Positions 25,355 to 38,700 of a stretch of 47,274 nt of DNA are shown piece after piece. This DNA comes from Candidatus Micrarchaeota archaeon (GTDB taxonomy: Archaea > Micrarchaeota > Micrarchaeia > Anstonellales > Bilamarchaeaceae). Where the stretch lies: NCBI GenBank assembly GCA_040754495.1, contig JBFMCO010000042.1:1-47274 (forward strand). Direction: 5' to 3'. Within the stretch, counting starts at the first letter, position 1. Every line of letters starts with the position of its first letter. A program made the translations under genes and the position numbers. The notes under the pieces were generated by a model. That model had not been told where the DNA came from and made no database searches. It was given only the letters and a program-made list of their open reading frames with translations.

Positions 25355-26317
25355 ATGATTGAAATCGACGGTTCCTACGGGGAGGGGGGCGGCCAGGTCA
25401 TCCGGACTTCCATGACGCTCTCGTCCATAACACAAAACCCTGTACGCATAACCAACATCAGGGCGAACCGCCCGAACCCCGGCCTGCAGCCCCAGCATCT
25501 CACCGCGTGCAGGGCGGTCCGGAGCGTGTGCCGCGGCACGCTTGCCGGGGCGGAAATCGGCAGCAGGGAGCTTTCCTTCGAGCCGGGCCCCATCGTCGGG
25601 GGGAGGTATGAGTTCGACATCGGGACCGCCGGCTCGGCAACGCTTGTCGCGCAGACGCTGATGCCCATTCTCCTTTCCGCATCCAAGGAGAGCGAGCTCC
25701 GGATAAAGGGCGGGACGCATGTCATGAAATCCCCGGGCTACGACTATTTCGAGAACGTGTTTTTGCCGGCGATAAAGCTCTTCGGGGTGGATGCCGGATG
25801 CCGGCTGCTGAAGGCTGGATACTATCCGCGGGGCGGGGGGGAAATCGAGGTCAGCGTGGAGCCCTCATCCCTTCACGGCTGCGCATCGTGGCCGCATGAT
25901 GAGCGGGCGCGGGTGCTCATCAGGCTCGGCGCCCTCCCGGAGCACATCGCGGTCCGGGAAAAGAAGGTGTTCGTGCAGAACGGCATCGAGGAGGTGCGCG
26001 TGCGGCGGGATGAGACGCTCTCGCCGGGAAACGCGGTCACCGCATGGAGGGGCTTCCGCGGAGCCTATGCGCTTGGCGAGAGGGGGAAGAGGGCAGAGGC
26101 GGTCGCGCAGGAAGCGCTGGATGCCCTCAATGCCGGGAGCGGGGACGTGGACGTTCACCTCGCGGACCAGCTTCTCGCGTATGCCGCCCTTGCGGAGGGG
26201 CCGACCGCGTACGGGACGAGCGCGATAAGCGAGCACCTGCGGACGAACGCATATGTCATATCCCGGTTCCTGGACAGGAAAATAAGCCTGGATGGCGGCC
26301 GGGTGCTGGTCGGATAG
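25355..26317 (+). CDS. rtcA: RNA 3'-terminal phosphate cyclase
   Basis: N-terminal IDGSYGEGGGQVIRTS, IRANRPNPGLQPQH, TAGS..L..Q, GYYPRGGGE, and catalytic-His motif DVHLADQLL. Confidence 0.97.
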   Translation: MIEIDGSYGEGGGQVIRTSMTLSSITQNPVRITNIRANRPNPGLQPQHLTACRAVRSVCRGTLAGAEIGSRELSFEPGPIVGGRYEFDIGTAGSATLVAQTLMPILLSASKESELRIKGGTHVMKSPGYDYFENVFLPAIKLFGVDAGCRLLKAGYYPRGGGEIEVSVEPSSLHGCASWPHDERARVLIRLGALPEHIAVREKKVFVQNGIEEVRVRRDETLSPGNAVTAWRGFRGAYALGERGKRAEAVAQEALDALNAGSGDVDVHLADQLLAYAALAEGPTAYGTSAISEHLRTNAYVISRFLDRKISLDGGRVLVG

Positions 26318-26358
26318 GCGCGGGGGGGCGGAAAAACGGAAAGGGTGAAATCGGATTC

Positions 26359-26374
26359 ATTAATATATATTTAA
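26359..26374 (+). promoter_or_regulatory. TATA-like box upstream of cassette 2
   Basis: attaatatatatttaa ~30-40 nt before ATG 26404 in an otherwise GC-rich context. Confidence 0.5.
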
Positions 26375-26403
26375 CGTATTACTCCTAGAAGCAGGGTGTT
26401 AGC

Positions 26404-26742
26404 ATGGATTCGCCCGACTCGAGGCGGGATAATGGCCCGGCGCAGGAGCCTGTTCCGGAGTTCGAACTGGTCACGGAGAATAACATAGAACGGACTGAGA
26501 GGGACATACTGGTCAGGGTGAACAGGAGCATCTCGAGCTTGGAGTCCGCCCTGGCTGGCTGGGATGCCGCAAAAGAAAAGCCCGATGATTTGCGGGAGGA
26601 GTACGAGAGGTCCAGGCTCCTCCATGACGCGCTCGTGGACTGGGAAACGAAGATGCTCCGGTCCATGGGCGAGAGGATGGGTTTTTTCGAGAGGGTCGAG
26701 AGGCTCAGGGAATTCATCAGAATAGTTGAAAGATACGCATAG
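26404..26742 (+). CDS. small alpha-helical partner protein 2 (paralog of 3118-3459)
   Basis: 112 aa, ~45% identical core with 3118-3459. Stop is 8 nt before the G2 start. Confidence 0.9.
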   Translation: MDSPDSRRDNGPAQEPVPEFELVTENNIERTERDILVRVNRSISSLESALAGWDAAKEKPDDLREEYERSRLLHDALVDWETKMLRSMGERMGFFERVERLREFIRIVERYA

Positions 26743-26750
26743 GCGAGAAT

Positions 26751-29700
26751 TTGGGTCCACCAGCCCAGAAGGAAACCCCCCAAGCCGGGGCTGCCGAAGC
26801 CCTCAGGACTGATGCTGCCGCCCTGCAGCCGAGGCTGCCCTCGCCTTTCCAGGCCGGCCAGCCGTCCCAGGTCGACCTCAACCGGGGCGCGGAGCAGATA
26901 CGGAAAACCAGCGGCTTCCTGAAAAACACCTCGCTCGGACTAAGCAGGGCCCTGCCGCCCGCCACGACAGGAGACATCAAGGAATTGGAGAACAGGGGCA
27001 ACGCGGCATTCGGGGGGCATCCTGAGGCGCGGACATTCCTCCAGAAGTTAGCGGGTTACAGGGAGCAGGCGGACGCCGCGAGCCGCGAGGGAAGGTACGA
27101 CGCCGAATCCATGGGGAAAGCGCAGCGTCTTGGCTCGGCTCTGAACGCCATTCTGGACGCGAACAACAGGACCGGCAGCGCAGCCCAGCAGGCAGCCGAG
27201 AGAGGCGACGAGACCTCCAGGCACGCCGCCACGGAGATGAAGATACGCCTTCCCCGCCTCTTCAGGATTTTGTCCGGGGAGACGCCGGAGAGCATCGAGA
27301 GGGCGCACGCAGCAGCCGACGTGACGATACATGCCGTGGAGAACCGCGATATCTACCGCCACGAGGGCAACAAGGGCCTTCTCTCAAGGGTCCTTCAGGT
27401 CCAGGAGCGGCTCACCAACGACCAGGTGCAGATGTCCCATGACGACATCCAGAGGGATATGAACGAGGTCTCCGGAAATTTCTATACTGCCGCGGTGAGG
27501 GCTCTTGGTCCGGCAGGCGGGGCGGCAGCGGCCATGATGGCCCAGGTCCAGTCCATGATGGCGTTCCAGACGGTCCGCGACATGATGAGGGGCGAGGCGG
27601 ACAAGCTGGAGAAGCAGCTGAAGGAGCTCCTCAAGGTCCTCGGCGACCCTGAGAAGACTGACGAGGAGAAGAAGAAGGCGCTCGCGGAGGCGGAGGAGGC
27701 GGTCCAGAAATTCGTCCTCAAGGCCCTTGACGCGCTGCTCAAGGAAATCGGAGCGCCGCCGGAGCTTGCCTCGGCGATAGGGAAGGCGGCGAAGTTCATA
27801 GGCACCGCGAGGGCTGGAATGCTCCTGCAGGCCGGCATGATGTACGTCCGGTACAAGGAGGCGTTCGACGAGAAGAAAGAGCTCCTTGACAAGCTGGTGC
27901 AGAACGTGAAGCAGCTGGCCGACGAGAAATTCAAGCCCGCTGCAGAGAAGATGAAGGAGATCGTAGGGGCCCTGCAGGACATCCACAGGGAGGCCGCCCA
28001 GCTCCACCAGAAGATAATGCAGGCGCGCATGCGGATGGCTGCCGCGCTCGGCCAGGCGCTCGGCGAGCTGAGGAAGATGGCTGAGAAGGAGGCCAGCAGG
28101 CCCCTCCGCGAGGCGATGGAAAAGCTCGGCGAATCCCTGCGTGACATGCTCCGCAGGCTGCAGAATCCGAAGACCGCGAAGGAGGTAGACGGGAATAAAT
28201 TCAAAAACGCGCTTGAGACCTTCGGATGGCTCAAGGCGATGACGAACCAGCTCGGCAAGATGCCATCCGACAAGCCCGAGCAGAAGAAGGACAAGGAGAA
28301 CGCCGCCCAGCTAGTCGCAAACGCAGTGAAATCGTCCATCAGGGACGCGCGGTCGGAGATGTCGCGGATGCTACAGTTCGTGGCAGGGGACTACCTGAAG
28401 ACTGCGGACACCGCTTACAAGGCCGCCCTTTTCTCGCTCGGGAACGCGCTCAACGAGGGAAAGAAGACGCTCGATGAGGCGAAGAAGGAAGTCGCTGGCA
28501 GGCTGCTGCAGGAAGGCAACGCCCTGCTTTCAGGGCTTGCAAAGCTCGGCGACGCCAGGCTAATCGAGCTTGTGAAAGGGCTTCTCCCCGGCAAGGAGAA
28601 GCCCGAGCAGGAAACCATGGAGAGCATATTCAAGGCCCGGCAGGCCATCGACATGGGCTCGTTCGCCCTCAAGGAGGTCGCAGGGCAGAAGGCGGAGCAC
28701 GTGAAGACGACCGCGCTCGGCTTCGTCAAGGGCGCGCTCGGCCTCCTTGGCAAGGGGAACTTCGCCGACGCCTCTGCGCTTTATGCGACCGCCCAGCAGT
28801 ACATAAGCTCGCCCGAGACACGGAATGAGATTGACAAGAAGCTGACCGGGCTCCGCAAAGCCGTCCAGGAATTCGAGAAAAGCCCAGCGGCTATGCGGAA
28901 CACGATAGACATAGGAGGCGCGCTGAAAGAGTCGCTCCGCAAGCTGCACCTCGATGCGAAGTCGCTCGGCGAACGGCTCTCCTCAGGCGAGCTCGTCTCT
29001 CCCGAGGAAGTGGCCGCAGTCGAGAAGAGGTTCAAGTTCGCGGAGCAGGCAATAGCAAGCCTCAGGGCGGGCGCGGAGGGCGCGGTGAGGAAGGCGGCAG
29101 GCGAGATTTTCGCGCGCGGCCTGGACGCGCTAGCGTCCGGCAATCCGGCCGTTGCTGCCCTCCATAGGTTCCTCGGCGCTGAATGCATGAAGGGCAACGC
29201 CGCCTACAGGAAGCAGCTCGAACAATGGAGCGCGGGCGTGGCAAGCGGCGAGATGAAGATGGAGGACGCCGTGAAGCAGGCCGCATCGCGCCTTGCAGGC
29301 GAGCTGGGAAAGATTCCCGCATGGAAGAGCCTTACCGAATCCGGCATCACGGATTCCATCAAGGCGCTGATTCAGAGGGGCAGCGCGCCCGATGCCACGC
29401 TCGCGGACTGCGAGAACATGCGCAGCGCCCTCGACCTTGCCGGGGAGTATCGCGCGGGCATAAGGAAGGCGACGGACAAGGCCGGGCTTGCGAAAGTGTT
29501 CGCCAGGGCATTCGCCGGCCTGGCGAGGGGCTTGTCCCCGGAATACGTCGATGCCCAGGCAAAGCTCGCACGCTCTTATATGGACCCGCCGGCCTCGGCG
29601 TTCGTGAAGGCGGAGGCGAGGCGCGCCCAGATTGAAGCCGTTTCCGCCAGGATGGAGGACGTCGGCCTTCTGAATGCCGTGCATGGCTTATTCACCAGGG

Positions 29701-32700
29701 AGCCCCCTCTTGACGAGGCTACGGTAAAGAAAGGTCTGGAGGCGCTGTTCGGTACCGGCCCTGAAGGCGCGGCGATGGCTGCCAGGTACCTCCAGAGGTA
29801 CAAGGAGCTGGGGCCCGATGCGGAAGCCAAAGGCAAGGCTATGGCCGAACTCGCCAAGGTCCCGAACACTTACGTCAAGCTGCTCGGAGCCGCGCAGGAG
29901 ATGGCGAAGAAGCGCAAGGAGACCGAAAGGCAGCTGGACACGCTCAGCTTCCAGTATACGCGGGGCATCACCCGCATGGACAAGGCCCTTGCCGCACTTG
30001 CAAAGGGCGAGAAGCCTGCCGATGCCGATTTGAAGGCAGCCGAAGCGGCACGCGCCGTGCTTCTTGGCTCGGCCGACGATATAGCCGCGCTGTTCGCGGC
30101 ATCGGAAGAGGACTTGCCGAGGCTGAGGACCCAGTTTGCCGGGGTGCTGAACGTCGGCGACGCAGTGAAGGGCAGGAGGGACACGAGAGAACAAATCCTC
30201 GGCATCGCGGCTTCCGCGCTGGAGGCCATAAAGGATGGCGACTATGACAAGGTCGCAGCCTTCGTGATGGGCTACAGCGCATACAGCAAGGCCCAGAGCG
30301 AGGACGACAGAGGGAGGATACTCGGGGTAACTGAAGGCCTTTCCGCTGAAGCCAAGAAAAAATACACCCCGGACCAGGCGCGGTGGATGCTGAGGCTCCA
30401 GTTCGACCGCGCAACAGCGCTGGACAAGACCCGGGACGCTGGCGCCAAAAAGAACCTGCAGGCATATTTCGACATGTCCCTGGTCCTGTTCGAGCGGAGG
30501 GACCTTGCCGGGGCCGAGATGGCAAGGATGCTTGCCGCTGATTATGCGACCGCTTCCCGGATGGAGAAGAGCGACCCGACAGCAAAAGCCGCGATTGAAC
30601 TCGCCCACAGGATTTTGGGGGACCACCGGAAGGACAAAGGACTGGATAGGCGCCGGGTCCAGGACGCGACGAGGCCGGAGGACGACAAGAGGAGATGGGA
30701 GCCGAAGAGCCTGGACGGCATCGCGGGAAAGGCGCTCGTATCAAATACTACATTAGAGGAGCAGCTGAAGGCCGCTGAGGCTGGCGAGAAGGACAAGGGG
30801 ACCGTGCTCGGCGAGGTCCTTTCGCTGCCAGCAGGCCAGAGGATGCAGGCCCTCGGCATCAGGATGGGCGGGCTTTCGGCCGATTTGGGGAAGCTGGAAT
30901 TTGAAAGGGGCAACAGGGAGGTCGTCCCTTCAGGCGCGGCCGCAAGGAGGAAGATTGAGGCGGTCTACAAGACAGAAAACGCATGGCATTCAGCCAGGGC
31001 GGCGGCGGCCGAGAAAAGCGGGGATGCCACAGAGGCCGAGCGGCAGAGGGAGGAGGCCGGCGCGGTGGACCCGAAGTGGATGGAATCGCAGCTCCAGAGG
31101 GCGGCGGCCATTTACGGCAAGGGCCTTGCACTGCTCAAGGAGGCCGGGGGGCTCAGGATGCGCGCGCTCACCGAAGAGCCCGGGCAGGCGAAGAAAACCA
31201 ATGCCGAGGCTGCCGAGTTATCGAAGCGCGGGCTCCAGATAATCCAGTTCGCCGAGGCCGCGCAGAAATCGCTCAAGACGCATGACGAGAGCGTCAGGAA
31301 AATCAGGCACGACAACAGGGACGAGGGGAGGTGGAGGCTGCGCGATGCGGCCGAATCGTTCCTGAAAGTCGGGGAGGAGATGGCCGAGGCAAAGAGCGAG
31401 AAGCCGGACGGCAGGCAGACCGCCCTCCTCGGGAGCGGCGCACGGGCCATGGGAAAGGGGATGCAGGAGGTCGAGACGCAGAAGCGCCTGTGGGAAACGC
31501 ACCTGACGAACCAGTCAAAGATACAGCAGGAGAGGAAGAAAGCGAAGGCGAACGACAATGCGTATGGAAACGAGAGGGTTGTCAAGGACCAGCAAAGCGG
31601 CGTGGAGAGGAAGGAGCCCCTGAAGATGAGCAGGGACGTCACATACAAAGGCAAGACTTACAAGAAAGGGACAGCAGTCGTCGATACCGAACAGAGGCTG
31701 AAAGACCTGAACTACGCTGAGGGAGCTTCTAGAAAGCTTAGGTTCAGGGGAGCGGCGCATTTCCTTTCCAAGGCGCAGTCGGGCATCCTGCTCGACCAGC
31801 GCAGGGCGGCTACCGAATTGAACTACCAGGAGCTCCTGCCTGGAGCCACCGCGGAGGAGCAGAAAAGCGGGGACTTCAAGCCGGTCGAGTGGCCGGTGAC
31901 AGATGCGAGCGGAAATCCCACGGGCAAGACGAAAACAGTGGGCTTCAACTACAACGACCTGATGGGCACGCTCCTGGAAGCCAACGACACACTCTCGGCA
32001 GGCAGGGTGGGCGAGGCGAACAGGGCGATGGCCGGCTATGAGGGCAGGCTGAACTTCGCGTACCAGACGCAGAAGAAGCTGAACGACATCCACCGCGACG
32101 AGCGCGCGATGGCCGAGCTTACCAGGCTAGCGGAAGACGCGCGGAAATGGGGGGACATGTCCCCTGAGGACAGGGCGGACCTGAAGAAAAGGCTCGACGC
32201 GCTCGCTGCCAAGGGCATAATCACATCGCTTGGCGAGAAGCCCTACCGCGAGGTCATCGAGGAGGAAATCAAGAAGCGCAACGACGCGCTCAAGGCGCAG
32301 GGCAAGCCGCCGAATTTCACCGCTGCCGATTACAGGAAGGAGACCGACAAGGCCCTGGCGTATTTGGAAAAGAAGAGGCAGGCAGGGACTCTAACAAAAG
32401 ATGAAGCGGCGAGTTTGGATGGAATCAAAAAGCTGAGGAACGTCGCCGAGGAGATGGAGAAGGACCCGGTCGGCCTGGCGCAGAGGCAGCAGGTCGCGGA
32501 CGCAATCCGCAGGACCGGCGGGCCGGAGGCGCTCGCGAAGGCCGGCGAGGCGCTGAGAGGGGATGTCAGCAAAGACAAGGACAAGGCAACGGCGCAGCTC
32601 CAGGACCTCGTGAACAACGGCCCGGTCTCCAAGGTGCTCGGCCCGCAGGACGTGACGCAGTTCCTTAACGCGGTATTCATGGCGCGGGGATGGGACCCCA

Positions 32701-35700
32701 AGTACTACAGCAATCTTGTCCAGCAGGGAAAGGCCGGCCAGGCATGGCAGGAGTTCATGCAGAAACATCCTGAGGCCGCCATAAAGGCCATCGAGTACAT
32801 GCGCGACAACGGCCAGCTTGGCGCGGACAAGAACGAGGCGGCGCGCATCGCTGCTTTCACCATAACAGACATCCAGGGCGGGCAGATAGCAAAAAGGACC
32901 GAAGGATACGCAAGAGGGCACGCCATCGCGATGGGCACGCTGACGCTGAGCCTCGAGACGGCGAGCGCGGTGGACACGCAGGAGCGCATGAGCGGGGTCG
33001 GCGGCGGGAACGGAAGCTGGTATATCGGGCTGAGGGGCGACGCCGCGAGCATTCTCCAGTTCGGCCTTGCCGCCTGCGGCAGTCCGGAGACCATCGCGGA
33101 CAGCATCGCGAAAGGCGAGGAGATACGGCTTTCTGGGCTCCAGATAAAGCTACGCGAGGGGGGCGGCATCACGGAGCCGAGCGAGGCATGGCTCAGGGCC
33201 GGCGAGAACCAGGTCAATGCATCGGGCTTCCTGCAGGAGAGGCTCGGTAACTTCCTCAACCAGATACAGAAATTCTCGGTCGGCTCGCCAATGAGCACGA
33301 GCGACATCTATGCGCGCATGGAAAAGATGGACCCCAAGGACCCGCCCCGCTTCACGCATGATTCGGCGGACAACCTGGCCTCCATGATAACGAGGGGCAT
33401 CTTCGCATCCGGAGGGCTCGCCTACGACAAGCAGACCGGCGATTACGTAAAGACAGCTTTCTCCATGGATGAACAGGAGGCTAACCGCAAGCTGCTCTAC
33501 GGGGATACTGCAACGCAGAAAGGCGGGTACTTCGAGCTGATGCAGAGGTTCTTCAACGTAGGATTCTCCTTCCAGAGCACGTGGTCCTACGGCTACCGGA
33601 AGGACCTCTTCAACAACATAGGGACACAGGCCGCGAAGGTGAACGAGAAGCTCGACACAATCGCGCAGAACAGGATATACGGTGCAGGAACCTCCAAGGC
33701 CGAGCTTGACACGCTCGTTTCGGACGTGATGAAGTCGAGAGACAGCAACATCAGCGCGTACGACGAGAACGTCAAGAGCGCGAAGACCTGGGAGAGTGTA
33801 GGCCGCGCCGTCAGCGGCATAGGCAAGCTCGCCCTGGCCGGCGTCCTCATAGCATCGGGATACGGCTCCGCGGTCGGCGTTGGCTTCGGCGTTGAGGCCC
33901 TGCATGATCTGGCCGAGAACTCGCGCAAGGCCGGAGGCTACCAGTACCTTTCGCCGGAGCATGCAGCCATGGGCTGGGCTGCGGTGGCGCTCTCTTTCGG
34001 GGGCGCGGTGCTGGGCGAGGCGACGGCAATCGCCAACGAGACCATCCAGATTACCAGGGCAGGCACCCAGCAGGTCATTACGGGCACGCAGATGGCTGTA
34101 AGGGGCGGACAGATGACTGTCACCGAAGCCAACGCCATCGTGAACGCTGCGATGTCCGGCACCAGGGTGAGCTGGCTGACCAGCACGTTCGCGACAGGCG
34201 GGCGTACCTCGACCGTGCTCGGCTACGGCATGATGGGCGCGGGCATCGGCATGGCCGGCTACGGCATGCGCGAGGCATGGCACGCCTACCAGATGGGCGA
34301 ATCCTCGCTCTTCGAGTTCATCGTATCCGGGCCGGTCGGCCTTGCGCAGGCCGGCGTCCCGGTCCTCGGCGCGAAGATGCTGCCCACAAGCAGGCTGATA
34401 CCGAACCTGTGGGTAAGCGAGAGCTTCGGGGCGAAGTTCTTCCGCGGCTCCATGCTGTTCCTTACCGGAGAGACGAAATCCGCGGTCGATGCTGCGCATT
34501 TCTCCGGAATCCGAGACCAGTCATTCCACGAGTTCCGCGCGCTGCCGCCTGAGCACAGGAATGCCATTCTCGCAATGGAGCGGGGCATGAGCCGGATGAT
34601 GAGCCCGGAGGAGCAGCTGACCGCGATGAGAATGCTCCCCCTGGAGAGGAAGGCGAATGGCGAGCTCGTGCTCGGGAAGGCAGGGGAGGGCATCCAGACC
34701 GGGCCTTTCGACGCGGCGGCGCAGTCAGGATTCATCGGCCAGGCTCTTGCGCGCCTGGAGGCGGCGCCGAGAATCGAGGCGCTCAACCAGGCATATGCTG
34801 AATTCAAGGCGACGGGCAAGATTGATGCGGAAAGAGCCAGGCAGCTCGGCCTCGGCGCGGGCGACCTCGCCCTATTTGCCAAGGACGGCCCGCTTGCAGG
34901 GGCGAAGAACGCGGAAGAAGCCGCGGCCATGATGTCCAATCTCGCAATCAGCCAGACGCGCATGAGGCAGATGGACAAGGCTGCTGCAGATGCCCCCCAG
35001 GGCGCGAACGCGCAGTCGCAGGAGCGGGCGAAGCAGCTCGCGCTGGGCTTCCGCAGGTTCCTGCGGAACCAGCTCGACGAGGCCACGGCCAAGAGCCTGG
35101 GCATAGAAAAGCCCCAGGTGGACCTTTTCCAGCGGCTCTCGAAGATGGCTCCCGAGGACATTTCTTCCGGCATTGCCAGGCAGGCCGAAGGGGAAACCGT
35201 CCAGAAGACGCGCATGGACACCATGAGGGAGAAGGCCGATGCCGCGCGCGCGGTCGGCGTGCACCGGGAGATGGCCGGGAGCTTCTCGGTCGAGCATGTG
35301 CCGGGAGTTGGATTCTACAAAAAATTCGGCGGAAGGAACTATAGCGACGAGCATGCAGGAGCAGCGGCGGACGTCGGGGCGGCGGCGCAGGCGCTATACA
35401 CGCGCTCGAAGAAGCAGCCCATAACGAGGGATGCGGCAGCCGCGGAACTGGCGCGGCTCGGCGAGGCTGGCGCGAAGGTGCCGGACGCGAAAATAGACGC
35501 GACCCTCAAGCTGCTGGCCGACGCGAGGTTCCTCAAGGCCGTGGACGGGGGGGACAAGGCCGGCGCGCTCCAGAGGGCGCTTGACATATCGTATGACATG
35601 CCAGGCCTGAGCGTTTCCAAGGATGCGGCGGCGGCAAGGGTCGCACCCGAGGCCCAGTCATACATACAGAATGCCAATTACCCGCTCTCGGGCATCACGA

Positions 35701-38700
35701 GAAAGGGTGGCGAGCAGGCGAAAAGAGGGCAGGGCCTCAGGGCGCAGGCCAAAGAAAACCAGGCAAGGGCGGACGCCCTCCCGTCCGGCCATGCCGATAA
35801 GAGCAGGCTCGAGGCGCTTGCCAGGAAACAGGGTCTCGAGGCAGATGCGCATGAAGCCAACGCATCCGCGCTCACCCTGGAGCTGACGCGGAGGGCCACC
35901 GCACTGGAGAAAGACGCGGGGAACGAAGCCAGGACGGAGGCGAAAGCGCGGAGGCTGGACGAGCAGGCCGTGGTAGCGAGGACGGACCAGGTTATGGAGG
36001 CCATGAAGCTGCATCTTGCCGGCAAGCTCACGGAGAAGGAGGCGACGAGGCTCGGCTTCCCTTCGCTTGAGGAGGCGAGGTCAGTCCTGACCGAGATAGA
36101 CAGCAATCCCGCTACTGCGGCCAAGAAGATGGCGAAGTTCGCGGCAGAGGATGTCCAAGCGCTCGCGCAGCAGCAGCGCATGAAGCTCGCCGCCGGGGCC
36201 GAGCGCCAGGCCGCGGATGCTGCTTTCGCTCCGGCGCCGTCGAAGGCCGCGCCTGCGCCGAGGCCAGGGGAGAGGGCGGCAGAGGGCGTCCCTGCGGCAA
36301 AGGCAAGGCTTCCTGCCAGGGCGCGCACGGTCCCGGCCGAGACGCAGCAGGTCATAGGCAACATAATCGCGAGGTTCGGCGAAGCCGGGTTCGCGCTGAG
36401 CCGCGAGCAGAAGGGGGATTTGGCCCGCAACGTCCTCCGGCTGCGCAGCGGCCAGCTCACGCTCGGCGAGTTCTGGAGGAGGATAAACGAGATGATGCCT
36501 CCGTCTGCGCTCCCCGAGAGCCTGCGCATGCAGAGGCCGTTCCCTTCGTTCCCTGAGATGGGCCTGACCATACAGAGCCCGGAGGCCCTCAATTTCTTCG
36601 TGAAGATAACTGCGGAGGCGCTTCCTGCCGCCTTCAAGCCGGACGTGGCCGGCGGCCTGCCTGCGGACGCTTCCATACAGATGGGGTTCGTCTCTCTGGA
36701 TTTGCGGAGACAGAACCTGCTGAACGCCATAGCGAGCAACCCGCAGCTCAGGGTCGTCGGCGACATCAACATATACGAGTATTTCACGAAGGTCGTGCGC
36801 GACGTCGCGCCGGCTGTCAACCCGAAGCTCAGGGCGCAGGGGATTGACGCGACCGTGACCTCGGCGGCATTCGGCACAAGCTCGGACGAAGCAGGGTTCC
36901 TCATAGTCGCGAGGACGGCCGGGGACAGGGAGCGCGCGCGTGCCATACTGGGAGATACGCTCTCCAATAATTTCAAGTTCGAAGGCAGCATCCTCGACCA
37001 GATGACGAAGGGGTCCGCGATGCGGCCCTATATCGAGGAGGTGTTCCAGACCAAGGGGAGGGTCGGGAGCGGGGCGGCGTTCGTGGAACTCGGCGCGAAA
37101 GACATGGCCGCGATAGCCAAGGACCCTGCCGGCTTCATAGACAGGATGAGGCGCATATCGGACGCCCGCATCGGCGAGGGCGACTGGGTGAGGACGCAGA
37201 AGGGGGCGCCGACCGACGCCGACCTGCCGGCCACGGCGATGCACTTCATGTCCGGCAAGGCACTCGGCAGCGACTACATGGCGCGGAACGAGAAGCTGAA
37301 GGCCGAGTTCACGGGTAAGCTCGAGGGCATAAACAGGGAGATATTCGGTCCCGGCAACGAGAAGGTGAAGGCCGGGGACTCGGTGGTGGTCGTGACAGGC
37401 GAGCTTGCCGTGGACCGCACCAGCGCGGCATATGCCAACCTGCGCACGCTCGCATCCAAGAAAGGCAAGATGTACGGCACGGTCGAGGAGGGCAGGGTGG
37501 GACTCAGCGTCTCGAACATGCCGTCCCAGGCATCGGGCGACGAGTTCCTTTTCATCCACCGGGCGGCTGCGGGATACGCACGCGACAAGTTCGCAAAGGC
37601 GCACGGCATCGACCCTGCGAACATTGACGTAGTGCAGACCGGCAACGGGCCGGACTTCTATTTCAGGGTGAAGGGAAAGAAGCTGAGTTCGCAGGAAGCC
37701 TCCGAGCTGCTCGGGTATTACCGGGAAGGGGGCAAGCAGCACACGGCCGAGGGGTTTGACGTCTCGGCCAGGGGGACGCTGCTTACGGGCGACAACATAA
37801 CCATGGATAATTTCAGGAACGGCATAAGGTACATCAAGGACGGAATCTCGCACGGCGATTTGCGCGCCCCGCGCGAGGGCGGCCTCGTGGAATTCAACAG
37901 CATACCGAAGGACTACACGACCAGGGACATGCGGCTCAACCGCGCGGGCCAGATAATGGGGATGTTCTTCTCCTCCGAGAGGCTCATGGCGGCCGATTCG
38001 CCCATGGCCGCCAAGCTGGCCGAGGTGGCCGGGAAGGAGTTCGTGGAGACGTTCAGGAAATTCCTTGAAGAGGGCCACATAACCGCGAGGACGTGGGAGG
38101 ACGTCCGCTCCATACTGGAGAACGGAATCGAGGTCGTGAGGGACGGCAAGCGCACGACGCTCGACTTCCCGCAGGGAAAGGAAATCGCGAGGAGGCTCTC
38201 CGGTGACGACTTCCTCGGCTGGGTAGGCGGCAGGTACAAGGACGTGGATGTCAATGACGCCCTTGCAGTCATCAAGACCAGGCGCGAGGCCGAAGGGAAG
38301 GCGCCTCCTGTTCCCAAGCCATCAGAGAAGGCCGCACCGGGCCCGCAGGCAAGGGAGCGCGAGGCGGGAATCCAGCGCCTTATGAGCGAGCGCGGAATGA
38401 ACCGCGACCAGGCGACGAAATTCGTCAATGACGAGGCCGCGAGGCCGAACGCGGTTCCGCTGCGGCCCGAGGAGCATCTCGGCGAGGAGGGCTTCGGGGG
38501 CATGCCGGTCGATTATCAGAAAAGGACAATCACGCTGCCGGATGGCTCGACCACGACGCTTGCGGAAGCGCCGCGCGCAAGGCTTCTCCGCAGGATTGAC
38601 AACACCGAGGACTCGGTCGGGTCCACCGCGGGCGTGTGGGAAGCCGAGATAATGGTGAACGGCCAGCCAAGAAGGGTGGCCGTAAAGGTGTTCAAGGACC

